Shown: in pieces, positions 18,983 to 27,817 of the stretch
How positions within the stretch are numbered: position 1 is the stretch's first letter
How the letters are laid out: every line of letters starts with the position of its first letter
DNA from: an uncultured bacterium
Lineage (GTDB): Bacteria > Babelota > Babeliae > Babelales > RVW-14
Assembly (NCBI GenBank): GCA_963759805.1
Contig: CAVXAT010000002.1
Span: 128,001 to 192,000 of the forward strand
Reading direction: 5' to 3'
Length of the DNA stretch: 64,000 bases
Made by a program: the position numbers and the translations under genes
Notes under the pieces: model-generated
The model's input: only the letters and a program-made list of their open reading frames with translations
Told to the model about the DNA's origin: nothing
The model's database searches: none

Positions 18983-20037
18983 AAATTCTGGAGCACAACA
19001 CTTACCATCTGGGGCACATCAAAACCCTTACCATTAAATACTTCTAGTGAGTATCGAGTTATCGAGCCATCTTGAAAACACTGTTCAAGCTCAGGGTCAA
19101 TACCAAATCTTTCTTTCAGATAACGCTGTTCAATAGGAGTAAAGGCATACCATGCTAAAATCAACTGAATCTGATCGGCCTCTCTATTTAAGTGGGGCTC
19201 ATTTACAATTTTATAAAATTCATTCATTCGATTGTGTTTTTTAAGATATTGAAGAACTAAAAATAATAGAATTTGATTAAAATCTGCAACTTCACGCCAT
19301 ATCGTTAAAGGAGTACCGTCTCGCCAACTGACCAAATATTCGCCATCAGGACTCCATGCTCCCGATATCCCCTGATGTTTATTCCAGCCATTTGATCTTA
19401 CTTTGTATAGATCAAATAATGTGCTGTGAAGAGTTTTCCACTCATGACTAAATGATACCCAAATCGAATCTTTATACGATGCAAGCGTTCTGAATTCTCC
19501 TGTTTCTACATTCCATTCTCTTGCCGTTCCATCATATAATACCCCTGCAATACATTTACCATCAGGACTCCATGCTACTGACTTAACCCCACAACCATGC
19601 ACTGTAAACACTCTGCATTCTCTTGATGCTACATGCCATATGCTTACTATTCCATCAAATGAGGGAATTTTAAATGATGCACTGGCAATATATTTACCAT
19701 CAGGACTCCATGCTACTGATGACGTCCACGTTGCAACCTCTACAGCCAAGATTTTGTGTTGCACAAAGAAATCGGGTAATAAGCTCGCTGCCAAACCTTT
19801 TGGCGCTTCAGGATCTTCACAATACTTTTCAAAAAAATTTAATTTTTCAAAAAAGTTTAACGTTTCGACATCCCCTGAAATCAATTTTTCTATAAAAGCG
19901 TCTGTTTTCACAATACTCGCGATTCGCGCAGCGCAACTTTCCTGCAAAGTCAACATTCCAAATAAAATTGTTTTTTGAAAGCAAGCGATCAGGAATAAAA
20001 TTAAAAATAATTTTGTTGTTTTTACTAAATTGTTCAT
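18979..20037 (-). CDS. secreted WD40-repeat protein
   Basis: SVAWSPDGK.IA repeats; signal peptide from ATG 20037. Confidence 0.82.
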   Translation of the reverse strand: MNNLVKTTKLFLILFLIACFQKTILFGMLTLQESCAARIASIVKTDAFIEKLISGDVETLNFFEKLNFFEKYCEDPEAPKGLAASLLPDFFVQHKILAVEVATWTSSVAWSPDGKYIASASFKIPSFDGIVSIWHVASRECRVFTVHGCGVKSVAWSPDGKCIAGVLYDGTAREWNVETGEFRTLASYKDSIWVSFSHEWKTLHSTLFDLYKVRSNGWNKHQGISGAWSPDGEYLVSWRDGTPLTIWREVADFNQILLFLVLQYLKKHNRMNEFYKIVNEPHLNREADQIQLILAWYAFTPIEQRYLKERFGIDPELEQCFQDGSITRYSLEVFNGKGFDVPQMVSVVLQNL

Positions 20038-20184
20038 AAATAATCCCAAAGCTAAGTAAAAGTTAAGTAATAGAATAAACATAATACAACTAAGTTGGGA
20101 GAGTTTAGCAACAAAAACGAAAAAGTAAAATTTAGATTATGTTTTTATATTTTAAATTGATAGCTTTAAAATTACGCTCTATTT

Positions 20185-21330
20185 TTATCTTCCAAGCACC
20201 TCTTGCCATGTAGGCAAAACCATATCATCAATCATTATCTCATTGATCATGCGCAGCGGCAACTCCGACAATGATTGTGCCGGGGAGTTCTCGCCTAGGC
20301 GCGGATGTTGGACGAGGGCTAGCGTTAACATTTGACGTTTTTGAAGTTTTCTTTCTTGCGTAATTCTTTGTGCAGGCAAATTTGTCCATATTACTACTCT
20401 AACCTCAGATCCATTAAATCCATTCTGTGTAACAATCATGGCCGCTATTTGCATCCCATCTGGGCTAAATGCTATTTTGAATACGTAACCATCTCCATAT
20501 TTAAATGTATGAATGCAAGTCTTACTCTGCATATCCCACAACTCAATTTTTCCATCATTGTCTCTATTCTCACATGCGATAGCAAAAAGACTTCCATCCG
20601 AACTGAATGCTACTGCATTTGATGTTGCATAACAATGTCCCACCACGGGCCATAATTCAAACAGTGGAATACATGTGTCTTTACCCAAATCCAATAAACC
20701 AAGACCTTTTAAAAGGCGCGACTCACCTAAAAGGCACGGCCCACAATAAACCAAAATATTATCATACAAATTGAATGCTAACGCATCTACAGAACCACTG
20801 CATTTAATCGTATGTATACGTTCCATAGTCGTCAAATTCCATACACTAACTTCTCCAGAATCATCTCCGGAGGCCAAAATGTTACCGTCTGAGTTGAATG
20901 CTAACGCTTCTACACAGCCACTAACTTCAAATTTATGTATATTCTTGCCCAACTTCAGATTCCATAATGCAACTTCACGCTGACCTCCAGAGGCCAAAAT
21001 GTTACCATTGGGACTGATTGCCAATGCCCATGCTAAACAATCAATTTCAAGATCACGAGTGCAAATCCTAGACTGCATATTCCAAAATTTGAAATGATCA
21101 TACCGTTGCCCCCATTTCCATTTAAACTCATGAACCAAAAATTCTCCCCCATGACTGGTTGCCAACGCAGTCAAAGGCGCACCGCCTTTGTAGCAACCTA
21201 TATTAACTAAAGTCTCATCTATTACACTCTCATCTATGCCTGGTGCTGCAGCCGCCGCCGACAAATTAGCTGCATAAAATAAAACATGTGCAAACAGTAT
21301 TGTTTTAATGCAATTTTTGATATTCTCCAC
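20185..21330 (-). CDS. secreted WD40-repeat protein with C-terminal HPRLG motif
   Basis: ALAFNSDGNILASG...VWN repeats; signal peptide paralogous to the next gene. Confidence 0.85.
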   Translation of the reverse strand: MENIKNCIKTILFAHVLFYAANLSAAAAAPGIDESVIDETLVNIGCYKGGAPLTALATSHGGEFLVHEFKWKWGQRYDHFKFWNMQSRICTRDLEIDCLAWALAISPNGNILASGGQREVALWNLKLGKNIHKFEVSGCVEALAFNSDGNILASGDDSGEVSVWNLTTMERIHTIKCSGSVDALAFNLYDNILVYCGPCLLGESRLLKGLGLLDLGKDTCIPLFELWPVVGHCYATSNAVAFSSDGSLFAIACENRDNDGKIELWDMQSKTCIHTFKYGDGYVFKIAFSPDGMQIAAMIVTQNGFNGSEVRVVIWTNLPAQRITQERKLQKRQMLTLALVQHPRLGENSPAQSLSELPLRMINEIMIDDMVLPTWQEVLGR

Positions 21331-22150
21331 TGCCTTGCCCCTTCTTCCAAATGGTTATATTTCCATCAGAACATCCGGCCGCTACTTGCATACCATCTTG
21401 ATTTAACGCCACTGCAGTTACCCACCTAGAACCACATTTGAACACATTTATGCATGCCCTTGCCTTCAGATCCCATAACTCAACTTTTCCTAATTGATCT
21501 ACAAAAGCCAAAAAGTTACCATCTGAGGTGAACGCTGCTGCTTGATCGGAAGGGTATACTGTTTGACTCACTTCCAACACAGAATTACATGTATTTGCCT
21601 TCAAATCTAACAGCTTAACAGCTCGGGCACTCACACAAAAAGCTAAAATGTTGCCATCTGGGTTGAACGCTAATGCGCATACCCAATCTTTACACTCAAA
21701 CTTATGAATAAGTGTGTCTGTATTCAGATTCCATACCTCAACATTTCCGCCTTCCCCAATGGCCAAAGTTTTACCATCCGGACTGAAAGCTACTGAGAAT
21801 ACATAATTTTTGCAGGGAAAAGTAAATATATTTTTTTTCTCGTTTAAATCGACCAAATCAACCTTGCCATTAGATCCCACAGCCAAACCGCCACCTCCCG
21901 GACTAAATGCTAGCGCACGTGCAGAACCAACATATCCAAAATCACAAAAACGTCCATCCGACAAAAATTTCCATAATAGAGCATTCTCATCATGGGCAAA
22001 AGCCAAATCTTTCTCATTCGGACTAAAGGCTAATGCATGGACTGTCGCCTCCCCATACACCGGATCAGCGCAGGCAGCATTGAGATTAGCAGGCCCAAAC
22101 AGAACAAATAAAAACAACCCAGTTTTAATAAAGTTTTTGATACTCTTCAT
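21305..22150 (-). CDS. secreted WD40-repeat protein
   Basis: About seven ALAFSP(D)G..LA...V.(L/V)W(D/N) repeats. Confidence 0.85.
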   Translation of the reverse strand: MKSIKNFIKTGLFLFVLFGPANLNAACADPVYGEATVHALAFSPNEKDLAFAHDENALLWKFLSDGRFCDFGYVGSARALAFSPGGGGLAVGSNGKVDLVDLNEKKNIFTFPCKNYVFSVAFSPDGKTLAIGEGGNVEVWNLNTDTLIHKFECKDWVCALAFNPDGNILAFCVSARAVKLLDLKANTCNSVLEVSQTVYPSDQAAAFTSDGNFLAFVDQLGKVELWDLKARACINVFKCGSRWVTAVALNQDGMQVAAGCSDGNITIWKKGQGSGEYQKLH

Positions 22151-22268
22151 AGATACATCTCCTTATTTTTTCACTAAACATTATTTTGATATAAAGCGTA
22201 TCAAAATATATCGAATTTAATATTAAAAAAGAGAAAGTTTTTTGCAAAATTCACAGTCAGGGAGGCTG

Positions 22269-22376
22269 TTGTCATCCGCCGTCGCCAAAGCTTGGCTGTA
22301 GCGAGATTTCAGCCTGCCCGTCGAAGTATTAACTACATACCAAATTTTTTTGAACGAATAAAGCGAGGTCGGGCGT
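22269..22376 (+). repeat. degenerate B/C-family palindrome remnants, intergenic
   Basis: gcctgcccgtcgaag (22312..22326) ... gcgaggtcgggc matches B arms around an expanded AT-rich loop; ttgtcatcc at 22269. Confidence 0.55.
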
Positions 22377-22387
22377 AATATCACGCT

Positions 22388-24049
22388 TCAAATCATGATC
22401 TTGCCACTATCCGCCGATTCATAGATCAACATTCGTTCTGCTACTCTTTGGAAGAGTGGGGCTGCAACTTCAGATGCCCACAAATGAGTTTTTTGCGGGC
22501 GATTTATAAACGTAACTATAACACGCTTGTAATCACCCTTTTCTAAAATTCCGACAAAAGTATAAATGTGCTCTTTATCCGAATATCCACCAGGTATAGC
22601 ACAGCGAGCTGTCCCCGTTTTACCAAAAACAGTGCATCCACGCACCGGATGAAGGTTTCCAATTCCCAGTAAAATTTCACGCATTTGAGACAGAATTTTA
22701 TCATCATAAAGTTTAATTTTATCAGGATGACAAACTGCCCCCTTTTTTATTTTTGGATCAATAATAAGAGTTGGATTTACCAGATATCCGCCGTTTGAAA
22801 AAATACAGAATGCACGTCCAAGTTGAAGCAATGATGCCATAATCTCATAACCAAATGACATAACTTTTGCAGAATGCTTACTCCAATTGTTTGGAGGGTT
22901 AACAAAGCCATCGCGCTCACCGGGAAACTCAATGCCGGTTTTAGCCCCAAAACCAACCCGTTTTAAATGATCATAATATTTGGGACCAATTCGCCCTACA
23001 ACTTTTGCAGTTCCAACATTGCTTGAAAGTCTGATTACATCTGCAAAGCTCAAAATGCCAAGACTCTTCCAATTTTCTACCTTAAAACCATCAACGTAAG
23101 TAATCTTACCCTCGCAATCAAACTCTTCATCAAGCGTGACTACCCCTTCAGCAATGGCGGCCAGTGCCAAAAATGCTTTCATAACAGAACCCAACTCGAA
23201 ACATTCGGATACAATAAAATTTTTGGTTATATCAAGCTTTTGAATATTTTTCTGATTTGGATCAAACGATGGATAATTAGTCATGGCAATAATCTGTCCG
23301 GTATCAGGATCCAGAACCAAAACAGACCCGGATACAGCTTGATAATTCTGAACAGCACTTTCCAGCTCTTCAAATGCAAGATTTTGAATATTTTTGTCAA
23401 TTGTCAGTTTTACAGGTTTGCCAGAATATCCCTCTTGTTCAATTAATTTTTCAAAATAAAAATTTTTTGATCGTGCATCCTTTTGGATACTCATACGCAT
23501 CGGCTTACCACCAAGCCATTTTTCAAGCTCAAGCTCAATTCCGGATATCCCCCGACCATCAATATCAGTAAATCCAATTAGGTGCGCCAAAGAGGGAGAA
23601 AAATAAAAACGACGAGGTTCATCAATAAATTGAATGTCATCTGTTCCATTTTTTTTCAACTTTGTAACCTGATCATCGGTAAGAATTCGATCAAGCCAGA
23701 GAAAATGCTTATCCGGTCGTGCTTTCATCTTTTTGTAAACAGTAGGATAAAAACGTTTTAAAAACCGCTCTGTCTTTTTCTGCTCATTAAATTGGTGGGG
23801 CAAAATGAAAGCCGATGTAACCTCTCTATTAAATGCAAGCAACTCCTGCCCACTCCTATCAAAAATTTCACCTCGAGGAAGGTTAACTTTTACTGAAAAG
23901 TTGTACTGTTGAGAGGCAAGATCTCTGAAAAAATTTTTCTGATAAATTTGCAACAAAAAAAGTCTCATTAAGATAAGAATATAAAGAGCTCCAAATAAAA
24001 TCAGGACAACACCAAGCCGAATTCTGTAATCTTTTTGATTTTTTACCAT
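22388..24049 (-). CDS. ftsI: class B penicillin-binding protein (FtsI/PBP3-like)
   Basis: RGEIFDR, ELGSVMK (SxxK), SSNVG (SxN), GKTGTA; upstream FtsL-like gene. Confidence 0.88.
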   Translation of the reverse strand: MVKNQKDYRIRLGVVLILFGALYILILMRLFLLQIYQKNFFRDLASQQYNFSVKVNLPRGEIFDRSGQELLAFNREVTSAFILPHQFNEQKKTERFLKRFYPTVYKKMKARPDKHFLWLDRILTDDQVTKLKKNGTDDIQFIDEPRRFYFSPSLAHLIGFTDIDGRGISGIELELEKWLGGKPMRMSIQKDARSKNFYFEKLIEQEGYSGKPVKLTIDKNIQNLAFEELESAVQNYQAVSGSVLVLDPDTGQIIAMTNYPSFDPNQKNIQKLDITKNFIVSECFELGSVMKAFLALAAIAEGVVTLDEEFDCEGKITYVDGFKVENWKSLGILSFADVIRLSSNVGTAKVVGRIGPKYYDHLKRVGFGAKTGIEFPGERDGFVNPPNNWSKHSAKVMSFGYEIMASLLQLGRAFCIFSNGGYLVNPTLIIDPKIKKGAVCHPDKIKLYDDKILSQMREILLGIGNLHPVRGCTVFGKTGTARCAIPGGYSDKEHIYTFVGILEKGDYKRVIVTFINRPQKTHLWASEVAAPLFQRVAERMLIYESADSGKIMI

Positions 24050-24063
24050 ATCTTATCCCTGAT

Positions 24064-24336
24064 TTAAAAACCGGTAAAAGTAATGACTTGGGCAAACTTT
24101 AGTCTTTCCATTCCCCATTTCTCTTGTGCAATTTTTTTTATCTGCCCGGTGCATTTTAAGCCGCATAATTCAATACCCAAGTTGCTACAACTCTTCTTTA
24201 AATCATTTTTTTTCAGTTCTAACCGCTGTTTCTCGTAATTTAATTTTATTATCTGGTTGTGCTGATAAATTTTTATAAATATCAAACACAAAATAAATAC
24301 GCCAACAATACGTCCCAATCGCAAGTTTGTCATCAT
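24064..24336 (-). CDS. FtsL-like bitopic coiled-coil protein
   Basis: TM helix plus coiled coil plus IKKIAQEKWGM, directly upstream of ftsI. Confidence 0.65.
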   Translation of the reverse strand: MMTNLRLGRIVGVFILCLIFIKIYQHNQIIKLNYEKQRLELKKNDLKKSCSNLGIELCGLKCTGQIKKIAQEKWGMERLKFAQVITFTGF

Positions 24337-24512
24337 TTTAAAATTTCCACTAAACTTTTTAATAAAACCTGATATAATACCATACTGCTTTAATTAAATA
24401 GTATCTGTACGAAATTGATTTTTCTAGATATTATACAATCAGAGTTGTTTTTATTTATTTTATTAACATTATTAATACTATTTTATTTCTCTTTTTTGAA
24501 AGGACTTTTTTT

Positions 24513-24983
24513 ATGATGAAACATTCATCATGGTTGCTGGGTTTGTTGACATTGGTAGTTTTCACGGGTTGTGATTGGTGCAAAAAATGCAAAGAGGGCG
24601 AAGCACCTAAAACAGAACAAACCGCAACAGAAGCTGCTGCTCCAACCGTTGTAATTTCAATTGAGAACAAAGAACAGTTCGAAAATGAAGTTCTCAAGTC
24701 TGACAAGCTCGTAGTTGTTGATTTCTACGCAGATTTCTGCAGCGTATGCAAAGATATGAAACCGGTATTTGAAGAAGTTGCAAACAGCATGAAGGATAAA
24801 TGCAAATTTGTAGCAATCTGCAAAGAAAAGGCAGAAGACGTATTTGCAGCACAAAAGAGCCTTCAAGGCGTTCCAACAATTATAATCTTCAAAAAAGGCG
24901 AAGAACAGGACAGAATTGCAGGGGCAATTTCTAAGGAAGATCTTTCTAAGAAGATTGAAGAAGCACTCGAAGAGCATGAATAA
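24513..24983 (+). CDS. lipoprotein thioredoxin
   Basis: Lipobox FTGC; FENEVLKSDKLVVVDFYADFCSVC, GVPTIIIFKKG. Confidence 0.85.
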   Translation: MMKHSSWLLGLLTLVVFTGCDWCKKCKEGEAPKTEQTATEAAAPTVVISIENKEQFENEVLKSDKLVVVDFYADFCSVCKDMKPVFEEVANSMKDKCKFVAICKEKAEDVFAAQKSLQGVPTIIIFKKGEEQDRIAGAISKEDLSKKIEEALEEHE

Positions 24984-24998
24984 GCTCTAAAAGTTATT

Positions 24999-25024
24999 GA
25001 GCCCGCTGAAAAGCGGGCTCTTTT
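24999..25024 (+). terminator. intrinsic terminator
   Basis: gagcccgct-gaaa-agcgggctc followed by tttt. Confidence 0.85.
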
Positions 25025-25055
25025 GTTATTTTTAAAGGAAGTTTATTAATTGATA

Positions 25056-25081
25056 GATCCTGAATCAAGTTCAGGATGACA
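25056..25081 (-). repeat. C-family REP-like palindrome, 16 bp upstream of cysS
   Basis: Minus strand tgtcatcctgaacttgattcaggatc, 2 mismatches to 6344..6369. Confidence 0.85.
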
Positions 25082-25097
25082 AAAAGCAACACCAATC

Positions 25098-26453
25098 ATG
25101 CCAAAAATAAAATTAACTAACACCTTAACTCGAGAAGAAGAGTTTTTTACCCCACAAGAGCCCAATCATGTGAAAATATATGTCTGCGGCATAACTCCGT
25201 ATGATTATTCACATCTTGGCCATGGAAGGTGTTATGTTAATTTTGATGTTTTAGTGAGACTATTCAAATTTCTTGGGTATAAAGTAAATTATGTCCGTAA
25301 CTTCACAGATATTGATGACAAAATTTTAAAAAAAGCTGAGGAACAGGGCGACATAAATCTTTATCCCAAAATTGTTAAAAAATTTATCGAAGCATATCAC
25401 CTAGATATGAAAGCGTTGGGTAATATCAAACCTGACCACGAGCCACGCGTCACCCAGTATATTCCCCAGATAATAAAGTTTATTGAGGGTTTAATAAAAA
25501 ATGGCAAGGCATATGTCATTGATTCCGATGTTTACTTTGATATCGCTACATTCCCAGAGTATGGCAAACTCTCAGGCAGAGAGCTGGATGAGCAAAAATC
25601 CGGTGCACGAGTAGAAGTTGACCTACGTAAACATAATCCTGAAGACTTTGCTTTATGGAAAGGCAATGAAGAAGGTGCGTTCTGGAGATCTCCCTGGGGA
25701 TTTGGACGCCCGGGTTGGCATATTGAATGCTCGGTCATGGCACAAGAGTTACTCGGACAAACTATTGATATACACGGTGGAGGCATAGATTTAATTTTCC
25801 CACATCATGAAAATGAGATAGCCCAGTCCGAAGGACTGCACGGGGTAGTTTTTGCAAGATATTGGTTACACAATGCATTTGTAACAATAAATGAAGAGAA
25901 AATGTCCAAGTCGCTGGGTAACTTTGTAACTCTAAAAGACATTTTTAAACAATTCGATCCAATGGTTCTAAGATACTTTTTCTTGCAACACAACTACCGA
26001 ACGCCAATCGACTTTTCTGATGAAGAATTAAAGGCCAGCCAAGTTGCATACAAAAAATTAGTGACTTATTTTGGCAAAACTTTGGGCCAAGAAAATACGC
26101 AAGTTATAAGCCCTACCGTCATTCTAAAAAATCCATTGGCAGAAAAAATTGTTCAAGCCATATGCGACGATCTTAATACCCCCAAAGCCTTGGGGTTAAT
26201 ATTCGAAAATTTCGCCCAGATTAAAGAAGATGAGCAAACATGCCTGGCTATCAAATTGTTAATACAGCAGGTTTTAGGCTTAACGCTTGATCAGATACAC
26301 GAAGATGTTGTTACGTTAACGCCCGAAATTCAAGACTTAATTGATCAACGGGAGCAGGCACGCAAAGACAAAAATTGGGCGCTTGCTGACAAAATTCGCG
26401 ATCAATTAAAAAATCTTGGGTATGACACCAAAGACAAAAAGCTTGGCTCATAA
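25098..26453 (+). CDS. cysS: cysteine--tRNA ligase
   Basis: YVCGITPY, HLGH, DFALWK, GRPGWHIECS, FPHHENE, KMSKS. Confidence 0.97.
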   Translation: MPKIKLTNTLTREEEFFTPQEPNHVKIYVCGITPYDYSHLGHGRCYVNFDVLVRLFKFLGYKVNYVRNFTDIDDKILKKAEEQGDINLYPKIVKKFIEAYHLDMKALGNIKPDHEPRVTQYIPQIIKFIEGLIKNGKAYVIDSDVYFDIATFPEYGKLSGRELDEQKSGARVEVDLRKHNPEDFALWKGNEEGAFWRSPWGFGRPGWHIECSVMAQELLGQTIDIHGGGIDLIFPHHENEIAQSEGLHGVVFARYWLHNAFVTINEEKMSKSLGNFVTLKDIFKQFDPMVLRYFFLQHNYRTPIDFSDEELKASQVAYKKLVTYFGKTLGQENTQVISPTVILKNPLAEKIVQAICDDLNTPKALGLIFENFAQIKEDEQTCLAIKLLIQQVLGLTLDQIHEDVVTLTPEIQDLIDQREQARKDKNWALADKIRDQLKNLGYDTKDKKLGS

Positions 26454-26493
26454 AACAATTTAACCCACAAAGTTCTATTTTTTAGGAAACACC

Positions 26494-27708
26494 ATGAAAC
26501 TCACACAATATTTTTTAATCATTTTAATTTCAATCGTATCAATTTGGAATTTAAATGCAGAAATTCCATGTACACACACGACTCTAAAGGTAGACCCTCT
26601 ACATGGAATTTCAATTTCAAGAGATTGTCGTTTTGTTGTAGGAATTACGCTTGCAAATCAATATCTACATCAGGATGGATTTGCACGTTGTAGTGAATGT
26701 TTAAATTTTTGGGATCTATACTCAGGAAATAAACCAATAATAAATTTAGGAGTCACATTTGATATCCTTTTCCCTCAAATGATAACAAGCTCAAGCATAT
26801 CTGATGTATTTGATGATGGCACCATCTTAATTTCTACGCAAACCAGACGTCATACAAGTTCGATTTTAGAATTTAATTCTAATGTAAAAGTAATTAGATA
26901 CAATTTAAATACCAAAGAATTAAATTCCAATTTTTATGAGTATCAAAATGAAGATGATATTTTGGAGGTATTTATTCAAAACTATATTTTATATATAATC
27001 ACAACCAACGGATACCTGCGTCAAATTGATTTAATAACTCATAATGAAGAAGATGTAACAAATTTATTCGAAAATCTTCCAGATGCAATTATATATAAAG
27101 TTAAAGTTTGCAAAGAAGAAAATTTAATTATTATTGCAAATAAGTATAAAGATACATCTAAGCGACATACAGTAAGTTATTGGCATAATAATAACCTTAT
27201 AAATCGTACAAATATACCTTCGGAATACAAATTTGATGGAATGTTTTCCGACGGGTCTTTCCTTTTAAGACGCCAATCTGATCATGGCGCTGGAATTTAC
27301 AATATTAACTCAAAAAAATTTCCTATAATTTCATACTCCCCTAATATCGAAATTTTGGGTTGTGATGTCATAAATGACGACGTTGGATATATTGCTTATA
27401 AGGAAAGATTGGCAACTTTTTTAAAACTAATTTGCAATCAAACCAAAGAAAATGTAATTTTTGAAATGCCAATTTTTCATACATTTTTAAGTGCACGCAT
27501 CTCTGCTGACAATAAAATTTTAAAAATATTTTTACTTGAACAGGGTCATTTTAAAACAATTATGCTAGAAATTTGCTTATTCAATCCGTTTAATCATGTA
27601 ATTAATCAAACAATACGAAAAAATGACAAGTCTGTGGAAATGTTAACAGGAGATTATCAAATAACTAATGGTCCAACTGATACATTTAAAATAAACAAAG
27701 TACCATAA
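26494..27708 (+). CDS. secreted hypothetical protein, very AT-rich, possibly beta-propeller
   Basis: 404-aa ORF with RBS and signal peptide; no recognised motif. Confidence 0.6.
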   Translation: MKLTQYFLIILISIVSIWNLNAEIPCTHTTLKVDPLHGISISRDCRFVVGITLANQYLHQDGFARCSECLNFWDLYSGNKPIINLGVTFDILFPQMITSSSISDVFDDGTILISTQTRRHTSSILEFNSNVKVIRYNLNTKELNSNFYEYQNEDDILEVFIQNYILYIITTNGYLRQIDLITHNEEDVTNLFENLPDAIIYKVKVCKEENLIIIANKYKDTSKRHTVSYWHNNNLINRTNIPSEYKFDGMFSDGSFLLRRQSDHGAGIYNINSKKFPIISYSPNIEILGCDVINDDVGYIAYKERLATFLKLICNQTKENVIFEMPIFHTFLSARISADNKILKIFLLEQGHFKTIMLEICLFNPFNHVINQTIRKNDKSVEMLTGDYQITNGPTDTFKINKVP

Positions 27709-27817
27709 AGAACCAGTCAAATGCCTGTACAACAGGATTTTTAGATACAAAACTCAAAATTGTTGTGTGCAAAATGTTGTATACATACAATAATCTTTAA
27801 CAAAAAAAGGATTATTT

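Noticed and set aside
21305..21330. Frameshift joining the two WD40 ORFs
   Set aside because: The downstream ORF has its own RBS-like sequence and a paralogous signal peptide, so it is a separate overlapping gene.
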